From Candidatus Latescibacterota bacterium (GTDB lineage Bacteria; Latescibacterota; UBA2968; UBA8231): a stretch of 64,000 nucleotides of DNA. Shown piece after piece: positions 39,015 through 51,143 of this stretch (position 1 is the first letter of the stretch; each line of letters begins with the position of its first letter). The stretch lies in NCBI GenBank assembly GCA_965200315.1, contig OZ241362.1, positions 4,352,001 to 4,416,000 of the forward strand, written 5' to 3'. The notes under the pieces were generated by a model. The model saw only the letters and a list, made by a program, of their open reading frames with translations. It was not told the origin of the DNA and ran no database searches. The position numbers and the translations under genes were made by a program.

Positions 39015-40502
39015 TCAGGCCAGTTCGTAGTGGGCGCGGTCGGGCAGGGGCACCGGCGGGCTGTCCTCGGTGCTGATGCTCCAGTCGGCTAGCCGCAGGC
39101 GCATGGCGTCGCGGGCGTCGCGGTGTTGCTCCTCGTCGATCACGTTGACCAGCTCGTTTGGATCGGCGACGAGATCGTAGAGTTCGTCGCGGTCTCCCAT
39201 GGGATCGTGGACGTACTTCCATTCGCGGGTGCGGACCATCTTGCAGCGGCCGGCCGCCTCGCGCCACTGCAAGGTGTCGATCAGGGTTTTGCGGCCCCAA
39301 GGTTGAGGCAGTTTTTCCAAGTCGGCCATGGTAAAAAGCGGCCCTCCGCTGCCGTATTCGGAAAAGGTCGCGTCCCGGGGTGCAGCGTCGGTCGCGGTGG
39401 GCAGCGGCGTTCCGTGCATTGAGCGCGGCTGCGCCAGCCCCTGCAAGTGCAACAGCGTCGGCACCACGTCGATCAGGTTGGCCATGCTCTGGTCGCGCAC
39501 ACCAGCGGCGACCTGCCCGGGCCAAGAGACAATGAGCGGCACTCGCGTCAGGCTGTCGTAGAAGACCCCGCCCTTGCACTGCATGGCGTGTTCGCCCATG
39601 AAGTCGCCGTGATCCGAACAAAAGACCACGATCGTCTGCTCCCGCAGCCCCAGTTCGTCGAGCTTGTCGAGGATTTGGCCGAGCGCGTCGTCGATAAAGC
39701 GCACCATGCCAAAGTACGAGGCCATGACTCCGTAGAGGTCTTCGAGCGGGTCGCGGCGTACTCCCAGCATTTGGTAGAGCACCCGGTTGCGCTCGGGGTT
39801 GCGCTCGTCGTCGAATTCGTCGTCGCGCCAAGGGGGCAGGTCAATGGCCGCGGGTGGAAACAGGGCCGCGTACTCGGCCGGGCACAGCCACGGCTCGTGC
39901 GGGTCGGGGAAGGAAACCCACAAGGCAAAGGGCTGGTCTTGGTGCTTTTCGATAAAGCGCGTCGTCTGCCCGGCGATCAGGCCGGTGGAGTGGTCCTCCA
40001 ACGGCAGCTCGGAGGTGCCGTAGCTAAAGCGGGGGTTCTGGTGAGCGAGCTGGCGATGCGCAGCGGCGACCTTGCGGCGACCTTCTTCCGGCCGGAACCA
40101 GTCCATGCCCCGCGTCTGTGGCCCCTCGTTGCGCCCGCCGTGGGTAAAGGCATTCCACACGTCGAAGAGCGCCAAATCTTCCTCCCGCTGGAAGCAGTGG
40201 TTTTTGCCGATCAGGCCCGTGGCGTAGCCAGCCTCCTTCCAGAGCTGCCAAGCGTGCGTGGCGCCGGCCGGCATCAAGGTCTGGTTGCGCCGGCCGCCGT
40301 GCGAGTGGGGAAACTGCGAGGTCCAAAACGAGATGCGCGCCGGCGCACAGAGCGGGTGCGGGGTGATTGCGTTCTCAAAGAGCACACCGGCGGCGAGGCG
40401 TTCCATGGATGGGGTTTGGCAGAAGGTGTTGCCGTAGAGGTGGCTGGCCGTAGCGCGCTGCTGGTCGGTCATTATGACGAGGATGTTGGGGCGGTCGGCC
40501 AT
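39015..40502 (-). CDS. Sulfatase (formylglycine-dependent)
   Basis: PNILVIMTDQQR, CAPAR (CxPxR), GKNH, DPHEP, SDHGD. Confidence 0.92.
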   Translation of the reverse strand: MADRPNILVIMTDQQRATASHLYGNTFCQTPSMERLAAGVLFENAITPHPLCAPARISFWTSQFPHSHGGRRNQTLMPAGATHAWQLWKEAGYATGLIGKNHCFQREEDLALFDVWNAFTHGGRNEGPQTRGMDWFRPEEGRRKVAAAHRQLAHQNPRFSYGTSELPLEDHSTGLIAGQTTRFIEKHQDQPFALWVSFPDPHEPWLCPAEYAALFPPAAIDLPPWRDDEFDDERNPERNRVLYQMLGVRRDPLEDLYGVMASYFGMVRFIDDALGQILDKLDELGLREQTIVVFCSDHGDFMGEHAMQCKGGVFYDSLTRVPLIVSWPGQVAAGVRDQSMANLIDVVPTLLHLQGLAQPRSMHGTPLPTATDAAPRDATFSEYGSGGPLFTMADLEKLPQPWGRKTLIDTLQWREAAGRCKMVRTREWKYVHDPMGDRDELYDLVADPNELVNVIDEEQHRDARDAMRLRLADWSISTEDSPPVPLPDRAHYELA

Positions 40503-40813
40503 GGTGGGTTCCTTTTAGCGAATAATCTCGTACTTGTACACCGATTTACTGCATCCAATCTCGAAATACTATGGCCTTCCGGGTCGGTCCGCCGATAAGC
40601 GACATCCCACAGTGCCCGAATCATCGCCATGAAAGAAGTCTTACCGGTGCTGTTTTCGCCGCCGAGCAGCGTCAGCGGCGCGAGGCGGTCTGTTCTTTGC
40701 GGAAGCAATGGAATCATACCTCTCTTCAGCACCGGGACCCAATCGGCTCCGAACCGCATCGACCTTATTTTAGTTACGCCTAGGGGCTTTTCCCAGTCAA
40801 CAGCTTTGGACAC
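40472..40813 (-). pseudogene. N-terminal fragment of an AAA/ABC-type ATPase
   Basis: LAPLTLLGGENSTGKTS Walker A, then the homology appears to end. Confidence 0.55.
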
Positions 40814-40816
40814 TCC

Positions 40817-41528
40817 CTACCGCTCCCACAATTCGCTCAGCGGCACGGCGAGCATGCGCTCGTCGGCCAACGGGAGCCGGTCGTGGCCGGTGTAGAGCAG
40901 CACCCCAAGCTCGAAATCCTCGCCGCAGCGAGCGGCCAGCCTCATAAGCCCTTGCCCGTCTTTAGAGGTGAGCGCACTGGCGGCTTTGACCTCAATACCC
41001 CAAGTCTTCTGGCCTCGCGTAAGGGCTACATCAACCTCCACCTGATCCTTGTCGCGATAGTGCCAAAAACGCAAATCCGGCTCTGTCGAGGTGGCTTGGG
41101 CTATGAGTTGCTGCACCCATGCGGTCCCTATGGTTGAGCCAATCGGTCGCAGTCAGGTCGGCGAGGGTTGCTGCCAGTCCGCTATCGAGCAGATGAACCT
41201 TCGGTGTTTTGACGAGCCGTTTGGCCGGATTGCGGTGCCACGCGGGCAGGCGGCGCACCAGAAAGAGCCGTTCGAGTACGGAGATGTAGTGATCTACTGT
41301 GGCCCGGTGCAGGCCGAGGGTGTTGGCCAGATTGCAAGTGTTCAATAGTTCGGCGCTGCGCCTGTGCTCGTCTAGGCTGACGAACGCCCGGTCAGGCGCG
41401 AGTTGCTGCGCGAGCGTCGTTTTTCCGCTTTGCCGTGGCCCAAGCAGACAGACCACTAGTGTGTCTGCCAAAGCCTCTCGGAGGACGGGTGTCAGCGAGC
41501 GAGGAAACAGAGAATGATCAGCGTCCAT
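40817..41528 (-). pseudogene. AAA_14 ATPase-DUF4143 gene with internal deletion and frameshift
   Basis: GPRQSGKTT joined directly to the wHTH/KTPKVHLLDSGL region (no Walker B); C-terminus HYRD..EVD..IEVKA is in another frame. Confidence 0.8.
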
Positions 41529-41725
41529 TTGTCGATTAAGCGAGCGTCCAATTGTCTAGTGACAACCTAGGGAGCGAGGACGCGGAGATCAAGATGGGAA
41601 GCTGAAGTCGGCTAGATCGAACTATAATACTCCGTTGCGATTTTTCTATATTATCGAATGTCATCTATCAATGGGCAATCCCAATGGACGCACCAACCAC
41701 CGGGAATCGGGCCGGATAACGACCT

Positions 41726-42937
41726 ATGAACCGACCGTCGCGTTTTGCGCGCATTACCGCTGGCTTGGAGCTCAATGCCCTGCTCAGCCCGCTGCGCAAA
41801 TCGTTTTGGCTGTCGCTGGGGGTCGCCGTGCTCCTGAACGCGATCTTGGTCCTGTTCAATCCCTTCCAGCAGCAGGCTGAAAAAGCACCCCGGCCGCTAA
41901 CCACCAAGTTCGTCAAACGCCAACCGCGCCTGACCAAGGCGCTGGAATTGCGCAAGATCCCCCAACGCAAACGCCCGATGATCCGCCGCCAAGTGCGCAT
42001 GGCCGCCGCCCGCATGGATCAGGTGCAAGCTACTGAGGCGTTCTCTACGCGCACCATCATCGCTCGTTCGACGGGTCTGACGGATGTGCTGCAAGTTGGA
42101 CAAAGCAACCCACAGGGGCTCCGAGCGGCGCTTTTACCGGTCATAGGGATAACTGCGAACTTGGGAATCAGCCGTGCGTCCGAGTACAAAATCGACATGG
42201 GATTAGAGATGCTGGATGTCGATGCCATGGACACGGGCCGCTACCGTGCCTTGGTGATACAGGACCCCAAAGACAAGCAGGGGCTCAAGGGCTTTGTCAA
42301 ATTCGCCCGCGTGGTCTCGGCCACTTATATGGCCGAAACCCAGACCAATGTCACCGATGGCGGGCTCAACAATCGGGAGATCGACGTCCTGTGCGATATG
42401 CTCAACGAGTGGACCGGCTTGCGCACCGAGTTCGTCGGCAGCTTTACCTTTGATGACAACCGCTTTCTAACGGTGCCGATCGTCATCCCTCAAGGCGAGC
42501 CCAATGAAAACGAGTTGGACAATCTGGCGCGCTACCTGCTGGCGGGGGGCTTTGTCATGGCCGAGCAATTCGACTTTGAGGGGTTTTGGACAGAGGCCCT
42601 AGAGAAATACGGGGGGCTGATCAAGGGGCGGGATTTTTATACGGAACGCCTGCGGGAAGACCATCCGATATTCTCGGCCTATTTTGACTTGGGGGACGGT
42701 GTCGCACAGGGTGCCTCGCGTTTTGACGATCCTTACTACTGGAATGTAGTGAAGGGCTTGTACGTCAAGGGGCGGCTGGTGGCCGTGCCTCGGGCCAACT
42801 CGGGTATTGGGGGGTATCTGGGCTTTGCCAGCGACCGCGACTCGACCCGCATACTACAGTTTGCAATCAACACCGTGATCTACGCACTGACCCAGGAAGG
42901 GTCCATGACTCAGCGGTTGATGCAGATTGTCCACTGA
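41726..42937 (+). CDS. DUF4159 domain membrane-anchored protein
   Basis: N-terminal TM; NLARYLLAGGF, DHPIFSAYFD, NTVIYALTQEGS. Confidence 0.75.
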   Translation: MNRPSRFARITAGLELNALLSPLRKSFWLSLGVAVLLNAILVLFNPFQQQAEKAPRPLTTKFVKRQPRLTKALELRKIPQRKRPMIRRQVRMAAARMDQVQATEAFSTRTIIARSTGLTDVLQVGQSNPQGLRAALLPVIGITANLGISRASEYKIDMGLEMLDVDAMDTGRYRALVIQDPKDKQGLKGFVKFARVVSATYMAETQTNVTDGGLNNREIDVLCDMLNEWTGLRTEFVGSFTFDDNRFLTVPIVIPQGEPNENELDNLARYLLAGGFVMAEQFDFEGFWTEALEKYGGLIKGRDFYTERLREDHPIFSAYFDLGDGVAQGASRFDDPYYWNVVKGLYVKGRLVAVPRANSGIGGYLGFASDRDSTRILQFAINTVIYALTQEGSMTQRLMQIVH

Positions 42938-42952
42938 GCAGGAAGCCGTTGC

Positions 42953-43002
42953 GCTGGGTAGGCCAGTTCCTTTTCGAGGAGATCTTGATGGACCGCGTAG
43001 TT
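42953..43002 (+). repeat. Displaced 50-bp copy of the acetolactate synthase 3' end (direct repeat of 44237-44286)
   Basis: 46/50 identity by manual alignment. Confidence 0.9.
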
Positions 43003-43006
43003 TAGT

Positions 43007-43030
43007 GGTGGGGCCGCCCCACCCTTTTTT
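43007..43030 (+). terminator. Intrinsic terminator
   Basis: GGTGGGG-CCG-CCCCACC-C-TTTTTT after the DUF4159 gene. Confidence 0.65.
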
Positions 43031-43102
43031 CTGACCACTGCCGCGAGAAGGTGATATAGCAAGCCGACACGACGGGCGCGGCGCTCAGGAGCACACCCGG
43101 TT

Positions 43103-43117
43103 CGGGCGAGACGCCCG
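43103..43117. repeat. REP-like palindrome CGGGCG-AGA-CGCCCG
   Basis: Intergenic; related to the 35862-35880 copy. Confidence 0.35.
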
Positions 43118-43197
43118 CGCTGCGCCGCATCGCACGAATAACGACGGCTATACTATGCTGCGTCCCTTATGACTTGTGAATGATGGAGGATTGCTAT

Positions 43198-44145
43198 ATG
43201 CCGACGATTCAGGATCACATCTCTCTCGACGCACTCACCGACGGCACCTTGAGCACGCTGAAGGCGATTGGCGTCGACGACATTGCCATCATGCATCCAA
43301 CGCCGCCCGAGCCCGGAGAGGACCAATTCCCGCTGTGGCGCGATGTGCGCCGCACGGTGGAAGCCCACGGCCTGCGGTTTTTCAACATTGGCCTGCGGCC
43401 GCACCCCTCAATCACGCTGGGCCGCGATGGCCGGGACGAGCACATCGAAAGGTGGTGCGCCCTCATCCGCAGCTTGGGCGCGGCGGGTGTGCCGAGCCTG
43501 ACTTACAATTTTCGCGGCATCGGCAACTTCCGCACAGAGTCGGCCGTGGGGCGCGGCGGTGCCCGGTACAGCACGTTCGACTTTGCTGAGTTCGAGGCCA
43601 ATCCCCAGTTGCATCCCGATCAGCAGATTGCAGAGGGCGACCTGCGCGCCAATTTGCGCCACTTCATGGAGCGCATCACGCCGGTGGCCGAGGAGTGCGA
43701 GGTGCGTCTGATGATGCATCCCGACGACCCGCCGCGCCGCGATCCATTGGGTGGGGCAGCGCGCGTGCTGTCGTCGCTGGATGACTTTGAGCGCCTCTTT
43801 GAACTGGTGCCGAGCAAGGCCAATGAGATGTTGTTCTGCCAGGGGTGCGTCGCCGAGATGGGCGAGGACATTCCGGCGGCCATCCGCCGCATGGCCGGGC
43901 TCGGCAAGATCGGCACCGTGCATTTTCGCAATATCCGCGGCGGACCAGCGCGCTTTGAAGAGGTGTTCCTCGACGAGGGCGACGCAGATATGTACGCCAT
44001 GATGCAGGTTTACGCCGAAGTCGGGTACGACGGGCCGTTCATGCTCGACCATACGCCGGGTCTGCAGGACGAGTCGGCGGCTTGGGCCGGCCGGGCCTAC
44101 GCCATTGGTTTCATTCGGGCTACGATGCAGGCCGCGTACCGCTGA
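43198..44145 (+). CDS. uxuA: Mannonate dehydratase family protein
   Basis: YNF, GRGGA, MHPDDPP, FCQG, HFRN, DHTP, YAIGFI; RBS GGAGGA. Confidence 0.8.
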   Translation: MPTIQDHISLDALTDGTLSTLKAIGVDDIAIMHPTPPEPGEDQFPLWRDVRRTVEAHGLRFFNIGLRPHPSITLGRDGRDEHIERWCALIRSLGAAGVPSLTYNFRGIGNFRTESAVGRGGARYSTFDFAEFEANPQLHPDQQIAEGDLRANLRHFMERITPVAEECEVRLMMHPDDPPRRDPLGGAARVLSSLDDFERLFELVPSKANEMLFCQGCVAEMGEDIPAAIRRMAGLGKIGTVHFRNIRGGPARFEEVFLDEGDADMYAMMQVYAEVGYDGPFMLDHTPGLQDESAAWAGRAYAIGFIRATMQAAYR

Positions 44146-44232
44146 GCAGCCAAGTCAGCCACCCGATGAGGATGACGTAGCCGACCGCCTGCAGTGTGGG
44201 CCGCCAGGCCAAACGATCTAGGCGCTACTCGC

Positions 44233-45867
<1,635 letters not shown>

Positions 45868-45886
45868 TACAATAGAGCTCCTTGTG

Positions 45887-46936
45887 CTAAACGCTTGGTA
45901 GGGCGGCTCCGACTCGCCGAGCGCAATCGAGGATTTGCCGCCAAGTTTCTTCCTCGACGATCACGCCGGCTTGACGCCGCTGTCGCTCGCGCTTTTCCAG
46001 TTCTCCGGGCAGCAGGATGGCATCGACGCCCGCGGCCTTGGGCGAGGCCCGCAAATAATCCGCGAACGCCCGCACTTGGGCCGCGTACTCGGCGAGCGGC
46101 TGAAAGCGCCCGATGTCGATGACCAGCAAGAAGCAGCCGTTGCCTATCCGCGCCTTCCGGCCCCGCGCACACCCGGCCCCGCTCAGTGCCCCGCCCAACA
46201 GTTCCACCACGACCCCAAGTCCGTAGCCCTTGTGGCCCATGAGGCCGCCAAAGGGCAAGAGGTTGCCGCGCGGCTCGTCGTAAAAATCCGCAGGATCGGT
46301 CGAGGGCCGGCCAGCCGCGTCGATGATCCATCCCTCGGGGACCGGCTCGCCGCGGTTGCGCTTGACCCGCACCTTGCCCTCGGCCACCACGCTCGTCGTG
46401 ATGTCCAGCACGAGTGCGCCGCCTTCTCCGTCGGGCCAGCCGCCGGCCAGCGGATTGGTGCCCAAGCGCCCGGCTATGCCGCCCCAAGGGGCCACGCCGG
46501 CACCGGCACCGTGCGAGTTGGCGCAGAGCAGGCCGATCATCTGCGCCTCGGCGATGTGCTCGACATAGCTGCCGAGGCGACCGATGTGGTTGGCGTTTTT
46601 GACGGTTATGGCCGCGACCCCGCAGGTACCGGCGCGTTCCAAGCCCATCTCCACCGCTTGGTTCATCACGACTTGGCCAAACCCCCAGTGCCCGTCAAGC
46701 ACGGCCGCCGCTGCTGTCTGACGCACAACTTCGACCTCGGCGTGGGGAACGATCTCCCCCTTTTCAATGGTGCTTATGTATTGAGGAATGCGGATGACGC
46801 CGTGCGAGTCGTGCCCCACAGCATTGGCGTCGGCCAGCAGCTTGGCGACGACCTCGGCGGCCGCAGGTGGTGCGCCGGCTGCGGCAAAGATGGTTGCGCC
46901 GACTTGGCGCAAGTGTTCGATGGAAAATACGGGCAT
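45887..46936 (-). CDS. Ldh_2 family (malate/L-lactate/ureidoglycolate) dehydrogenase
   Basis: GHDSHG, HIGR, GTNP, LDITTS, GHKGYGL. Confidence 0.9.
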   Translation of the reverse strand: MPVFSIEHLRQVGATIFAAAGAPPAAAEVVAKLLADANAVGHDSHGVIRIPQYISTIEKGEIVPHAEVEVVRQTAAAAVLDGHWGFGQVVMNQAVEMGLERAGTCGVAAITVKNANHIGRLGSYVEHIAEAQMIGLLCANSHGAGAGVAPWGGIAGRLGTNPLAGGWPDGEGGALVLDITTSVVAEGKVRVKRNRGEPVPEGWIIDAAGRPSTDPADFYDEPRGNLLPFGGLMGHKGYGLGVVVELLGGALSGAGCARGRKARIGNGCFLLVIDIGRFQPLAEYAAQVRAFADYLRASPKAAGVDAILLPGELEKRERQRRQAGVIVEEETWRQILDCARRVGAALPSV

Positions 46937-46938
46937 AA

Positions 46939-48417
46939 TTATCGGGATATAGACGACGCCAGCACTGCCAGCAGGTCTTGCGCCTGCTCCTCGGAGAGTT
47001 TGGCCCGCCGCCGCGCTTTGTCAATTAGGGTTGCGGAACTAGCGACCTGGCCCTCGGCGTATATCTCGAGGGCCTCGCGGCAGAGCGATTGCACTAAGCG
47101 AGTGGCTTTGTCGCCATCCACGCCGACTTCGGCGGCCGCACGGGTGATCGGCGGATGTAGCCGCCCCTGCTCTAGGTCGGCCAGCGTCTTGGTCAGTAGT
47201 TGCTGCAAGAAGTGCCGCGCCTGCGCCCGCCAAGTCCCGGCGTATTCGGCGATGTCCATGACAATCCCGTCGGTGCGGGCATTAATGCGGTCCGCGGTCA
47301 GGCGCACCAGCGAGTGGGTCAATCTATAATAGAGCGAATCGACTTGGCCTAGCGACACCCCCGAGTCGTCGTTGAGCGCACGCACCCAATCCGGCGCGGG
47401 CTTTCTCTTCGTCAACAGCGCCCAAGTCTTCCGCGACCGAAGCGTGGGCACCGAGTCCGTTTGCCCGGCTTCTTGTGCCCGGCTTGGGCCAGAATCCCCG
47501 CTGACCGCTTGGGCCGGAATTTCCCGCTGTGCAATTGGATTTTTCTCAACGGCAACCGAGTCCTGTTGCGCCGGCTCCTTTTCTTCCGCTCGTTCCTCCC
47601 GGACCACTACTTTAGGTACGGTAATCTCCCGAGTCTTCTCGGCGATCTCGGCGATGACCTGCTGCTTGGGGGTCAGTAGGCGCAACCCCGGTGGCTGCCC
47701 CTTGAGCTGCACCTTGCCCTGCCACCAGATCCACTTGTTGCTCTGCCGCACTTTGTCGCGCAATTCCTCGTTGGGCAGGTCGGAATCCGGCAGCAAAAAG
47801 AGCGCGTCGAGCACCATGTTGGGCTGGGGATAGAAGCCCAGCCAGCGCCAGGGAATGCCCACTTCAAAGGTGTAGAGCTGATCGCGTAGCGCTCCTCCGG
47901 CTCTTACGGGCGCGTGCTCGGTAGGCTTCTTGCGCTGCATGCCCCCCCACAGATAGGGAGTGCCATTGGCCGGACTCAGCCAGATGGTGTGCCCCAAGGG
48001 TTGCTCTGGGCCGCGCAAGAAAATTTTTAGGTGATCGTAGTAAAACATCGCGTCCTTGCGCTCCCCGGATGGGCCGCGCCATTCGCTTTTGTCAGGGGGA
48101 ATCTGTTGGGCATCTACCGTGTCGTCAACTACTGCGGCCGCCACGTACACGTAGTCGGCGTCCCACATCAGGTAGAGGTCGGCCTCGTGATCGGCCGCGC
48201 CGCTAAAGGCCCCGCGTACGCCCACGCGCTCGCCGCCGGGGACGAGGCCAATGCGCTCAGGTGCGCCCCACTCGACCAATATGCCGTCGAGCGTTGGCTT
48301 GGAGGTCGCCGGGACCACGGCGACCGGCTCTGCGCCGACGGCTCCCACGGCCATCAGGCTTGCCCACGCGCTTGCCCTGAGCGCAGCCGAAGAGGCCCAA
48401 ACAGCGCCGCGCCGCAT
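46939..48417 (-). CDS. Secreted protein with CBM9-like/DOMON sugar-binding domain
   Basis: PTLDGILVEW, LMWDADYVYVAAAVVDD, YTFEVGIPW. Start placed after the deaminase stop. Confidence 0.6.
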   Translation of the reverse strand: MRRGAVWASSAALRASAWASLMAVGAVGAEPVAVVPATSKPTLDGILVEWGAPERIGLVPGGERVGVRGAFSGAADHEADLYLMWDADYVYVAAAVVDDTVDAQQIPPDKSEWRGPSGERKDAMFYYDHLKIFLRGPEQPLGHTIWLSPANGTPYLWGGMQRKKPTEHAPVRAGGALRDQLYTFEVGIPWRWLGFYPQPNMVLDALFLLPDSDLPNEELRDKVRQSNKWIWWQGKVQLKGQPPGLRLLTPKQQVIAEIAEKTREITVPKVVVREERAEEKEPAQQDSVAVEKNPIAQREIPAQAVSGDSGPSRAQEAGQTDSVPTLRSRKTWALLTKRKPAPDWVRALNDDSGVSLGQVDSLYYRLTHSLVRLTADRINARTDGIVMDIAEYAGTWRAQARHFLQQLLTKTLADLEQGRLHPPITRAAAEVGVDGDKATRLVQSLCREALEIYAEGQVASSATLIDKARRRAKLSEEQAQDLLAVLASSISR

Positions 48418-48419
48418 CC

Positions 48420-48962
48420 TCACTCGTCTTGGCGCAAGGAGGACACAGCCCAAGTAGCGTCTGGGTCGTCCATGGCCACGGCCCGTACGCCGCCCGGCAC
48501 AAAGGACAACAGCTCCGCGTAGCTGGCCTGCCGCTCGGCGTCGGGATAGGTCCAATCGTGTAGGTAATACACCGCGTGTATCTTGGCTTGCAGGATTTCT
48601 TTGGCACAGCCAAAACAAGGCCGCATCGTCGAATACAGCACCGCTCCCTCGGTGGCGATCCCAAAGCGGGCCGCCGACAGCAGCGCGTTTTGCTCGGCGT
48701 GGACGCAGATGCACAAATCGTAGTCCTTGCCCGTAGCGTACTGGTCGCGGTGGGCACAGCGGGCGCACCCGCCGTCGAGGCAGTTGACCATGTTGTGCGG
48801 GGTGCCGTTGTAGCCGGTTGAAATGATCCGGTCGTTCTGCACCAAGATGGCGCCAACGCGGTTGCCCGTGCAGTTGGCGCGCGCCCGCACGGCCATGGCG
48901 ATGCGCATGTAGTACTCGTCCCAATTGGGCCGCTCGAACACAGGGCTTCTCTTCCTCGACAT
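48420..48962 (-). CDS. dCMP deaminase family protein
   Basis: RPNWDEYYM, TGYNGTP, HAEQNA, PCFGC. Confidence 0.9.
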   Translation of the reverse strand: MSRKRSPVFERPNWDEYYMRIAMAVRARANCTGNRVGAILVQNDRIISTGYNGTPHNMVNCLDGGCARCAHRDQYATGKDYDLCICVHAEQNALLSAARFGIATEGAVLYSTMRPCFGCAKEILQAKIHAVYYLHDWTYPDAERQASYAELLSFVPGGVRAVAMDDPDATWAVSSLRQDE

Positions 48963-49070
48963 GCTTGCTCAGTAGCCTAGCTATTTCGTGCGAATGGTGC
49001 GGAGTGCGGGTTGGTTGGGGAATAGTACGCCCGCTCTTGTAGCGGGTCAACCGCGCCCTAGTAAGGATGA

Positions 49071-51092
49071 TCAATAAGCCAACCCCACTGGGATGAGCCT
49101 CTTGATCACCTCGGCCTCTCCCTCGACTTCGAGTCCGAGTAGGTAGAGGCCCGTCGGCAAAAGTGCCCCGCTGTCGTCGCGGCCGTCCCAACGAATGCGC
49201 TGTGGGCCCGACTTCTGGCTGCCTATCGCTAGGGTGGCGACCTTGCGGCCGTCGAGTGCGTGGATGTTCAGGCGGGTTGCCACGGTACGGGGCAGCCCTA
49301 AGAGCGCATACTCGATTTTTAGCAGGTCGTTGATGCCGTCGCCGTTGGGCGTGATGACCGCGGTAGAGAGACGCAGGTCGCGGATCTTTTCGGCTTGAGT
49401 GGTCGAGGAAGCGAGGACGCGCAGGGTATTGGTGGCAATGTCGTCGCCGACATCGCCACTCTGCACGGGTTGCGGCAGGCTCTGGCGCTGGCTGTCGAGT
49501 ACTTGGCCGTCGAAGGTCCAGGCAAAGTCGAAGACCTCGGCGGCGAAGACGACGCGGATCAACTCGTTGCGCTCGGCGTTCAGCCGTTCCGGCAAGCGTA
49601 TCGTCAACCCCTCCTCGCCTTCGACTACCTCGCTCGCCACCGCCTGTCGCAAAGGGGTGCCCATTTCGAGGTGCTTAAACGCGGGCGGTCCGCCCGTGCG
49701 GATGCGCAGCGCGTCGAAGCCCGTGTCAGCGGCGGCAACTTCCGCTTTGACATCATAGACGAACTCCGTCGTCGCGCCCATCTCCACCTCGGCAACGCCG
49801 CGCAGGGGCTGCGGGTCGTCCAACCGGGCCACTTCGCCGATGACCGAGGTGGCCAACGTCGGCGAGGTTTCAATCCACAGGGAATCGAGCCGCACGAAGG
49901 AGTCGAAATCCTCGCTGTTCAGCAAAATTTTTAGCTGTAGATGGGAGCCGGACCGAAGGCCGAGCGTTTGGCCCGACTCCAAGGTCGGGACCGACCAGAA
50001 GGTCCATTTGTCTTGGTCGTATTCGATTCCAGCGCGAATCCCCGGTTTGGGGCGCGTCGTCAGCGTCAAGGCTCCCCCTTGCCCATCGTTGACGTTGACC
50101 GCCCCACTCGGGTTTTTGAGCACGTCTTGGTAGCGTTGCTGCGACACTGGGACGCGAGTGCCCATGTCGGTGAACTCGTAGTAGATGTCCGGCTTGGGGT
50201 CAATGCCAGTGCGCGCCTCGACTTGGATTGAGACGGGGGCGTCGGGGGCTTCCACCGGCTCGCCATCCACCATCCGCAGCGATGTCGCCGACCAAGAGAA
50301 GCGGCCGAAGTTGACCTTCTGCCCCAAGTCGAATATCCGCGTCTTGTACACCGCACTCAGGGGAACACCCTCGCCGAAGAGCTCGAAATCGCCGATGGTG
50401 CCTCGATAGGCTTGGCCCTTGGCCCAAATTTCCTGTGAGGATACTTGCAATGCCTCGATCTGCGCGGCTTCGAGCGAGCGCGAGAGCCGGCGGATATAGC
50501 GGGCGAAGCGCACGTACTGGCGGGGAAACTGGTGCCGCACGACGGGACGGAAATTCTCCTGCACGTCGGCGATCTGCCGCCATTCGTTCGGGTTGTGGGC
50601 GGCGATGTAGAGCTCGTAGGCGGGTACGACGTCTTCGTGCAAGCTCTTGCCGTCTGAGCGGTATCCCTGCGAGGGCGTATAGAACCCGAAGGAGAAGATC
50701 GGCACTGGCACGGCTAGGTCGAAGGTAAAGGTGCGGCCGTCGGGACTGGCACCTGAAGAGGGCGCGAGATAGGACGTGCTGTCGCCGTCCACCAAGCGCA
50801 AATTGCCAGACACTCGCGGTCTTTCGCCGTCGACGTAGCCGAGTTCACGGGGAGTCCAATCGCCCCAGTTGGCCAGATAGGAGAAGACGGAGCGGTCGGG
50901 CTGTATGTAGATGGGCTGTATCACTCCCGGCGTGGTCGTTTCATCGATGAGAATGGCGACCGAGTCGTGTTCGGCCCACTCCAAGCCGCTACCGCCGATC
51001 TGCCACAAGTCAATGTCAGCCTCCGCTGTGGAGATCCAAGAGGCAGTCAGCCATAGCAAGAAAGTCGATCGGTTGGCGAGGAACTTGTCCAT
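49071..51092 (-). CDS. Secreted protein with C-terminal FlgD Ig-like domain
   Basis: Signal peptide; TPNGDGIND and WDGRDDSGALLPTGLY. Confidence 0.8.
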   Translation of the reverse strand: MDKFLANRSTFLLWLTASWISTAEADIDLWQIGGSGLEWAEHDSVAILIDETTTPGVIQPIYIQPDRSVFSYLANWGDWTPRELGYVDGERPRVSGNLRLVDGDSTSYLAPSSGASPDGRTFTFDLAVPVPIFSFGFYTPSQGYRSDGKSLHEDVVPAYELYIAAHNPNEWRQIADVQENFRPVVRHQFPRQYVRFARYIRRLSRSLEAAQIEALQVSSQEIWAKGQAYRGTIGDFELFGEGVPLSAVYKTRIFDLGQKVNFGRFSWSATSLRMVDGEPVEAPDAPVSIQVEARTGIDPKPDIYYEFTDMGTRVPVSQQRYQDVLKNPSGAVNVNDGQGGALTLTTRPKPGIRAGIEYDQDKWTFWSVPTLESGQTLGLRSGSHLQLKILLNSEDFDSFVRLDSLWIETSPTLATSVIGEVARLDDPQPLRGVAEVEMGATTEFVYDVKAEVAAADTGFDALRIRTGGPPAFKHLEMGTPLRQAVASEVVEGEEGLTIRLPERLNAERNELIRVVFAAEVFDFAWTFDGQVLDSQRQSLPQPVQSGDVGDDIATNTLRVLASSTTQAEKIRDLRLSTAVITPNGDGINDLLKIEYALLGLPRTVATRLNIHALDGRKVATLAIGSQKSGPQRIRWDGRDDSGALLPTGLYLLGLEVEGEAEVIKRLIPVGLAY

Positions 51093-51105
51093 CAGTAGGC
51101 TACCG

Positions 51106-51143
51106 AGATCAGGCGGCTGAATGGCATAAGCCGCCTGATCTCT
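51106..51143. other. Perfect 14-bp inverted repeat (terminator or RNA-processing hairpin)
   Basis: GAGATCAGGCGGCT-10 nt-AGCCGCCTGATCTC, 13 nt upstream of the ATG at 51092. Confidence 0.6.

Noticed and set aside
45935-47329. Long antisense ORFs (464 aa here; also 39447..40598, 52701..53567, 28847..29518)
   Set aside because: Opposite well-supported genes; typical codon-bias shadows with no motifs.
48418-49191. N-terminal extension of track ORF 46939..49191
   Set aside because: Arg-rich out-of-frame overlap with the dCMP deaminase and FlgD genes; real start near 48417.
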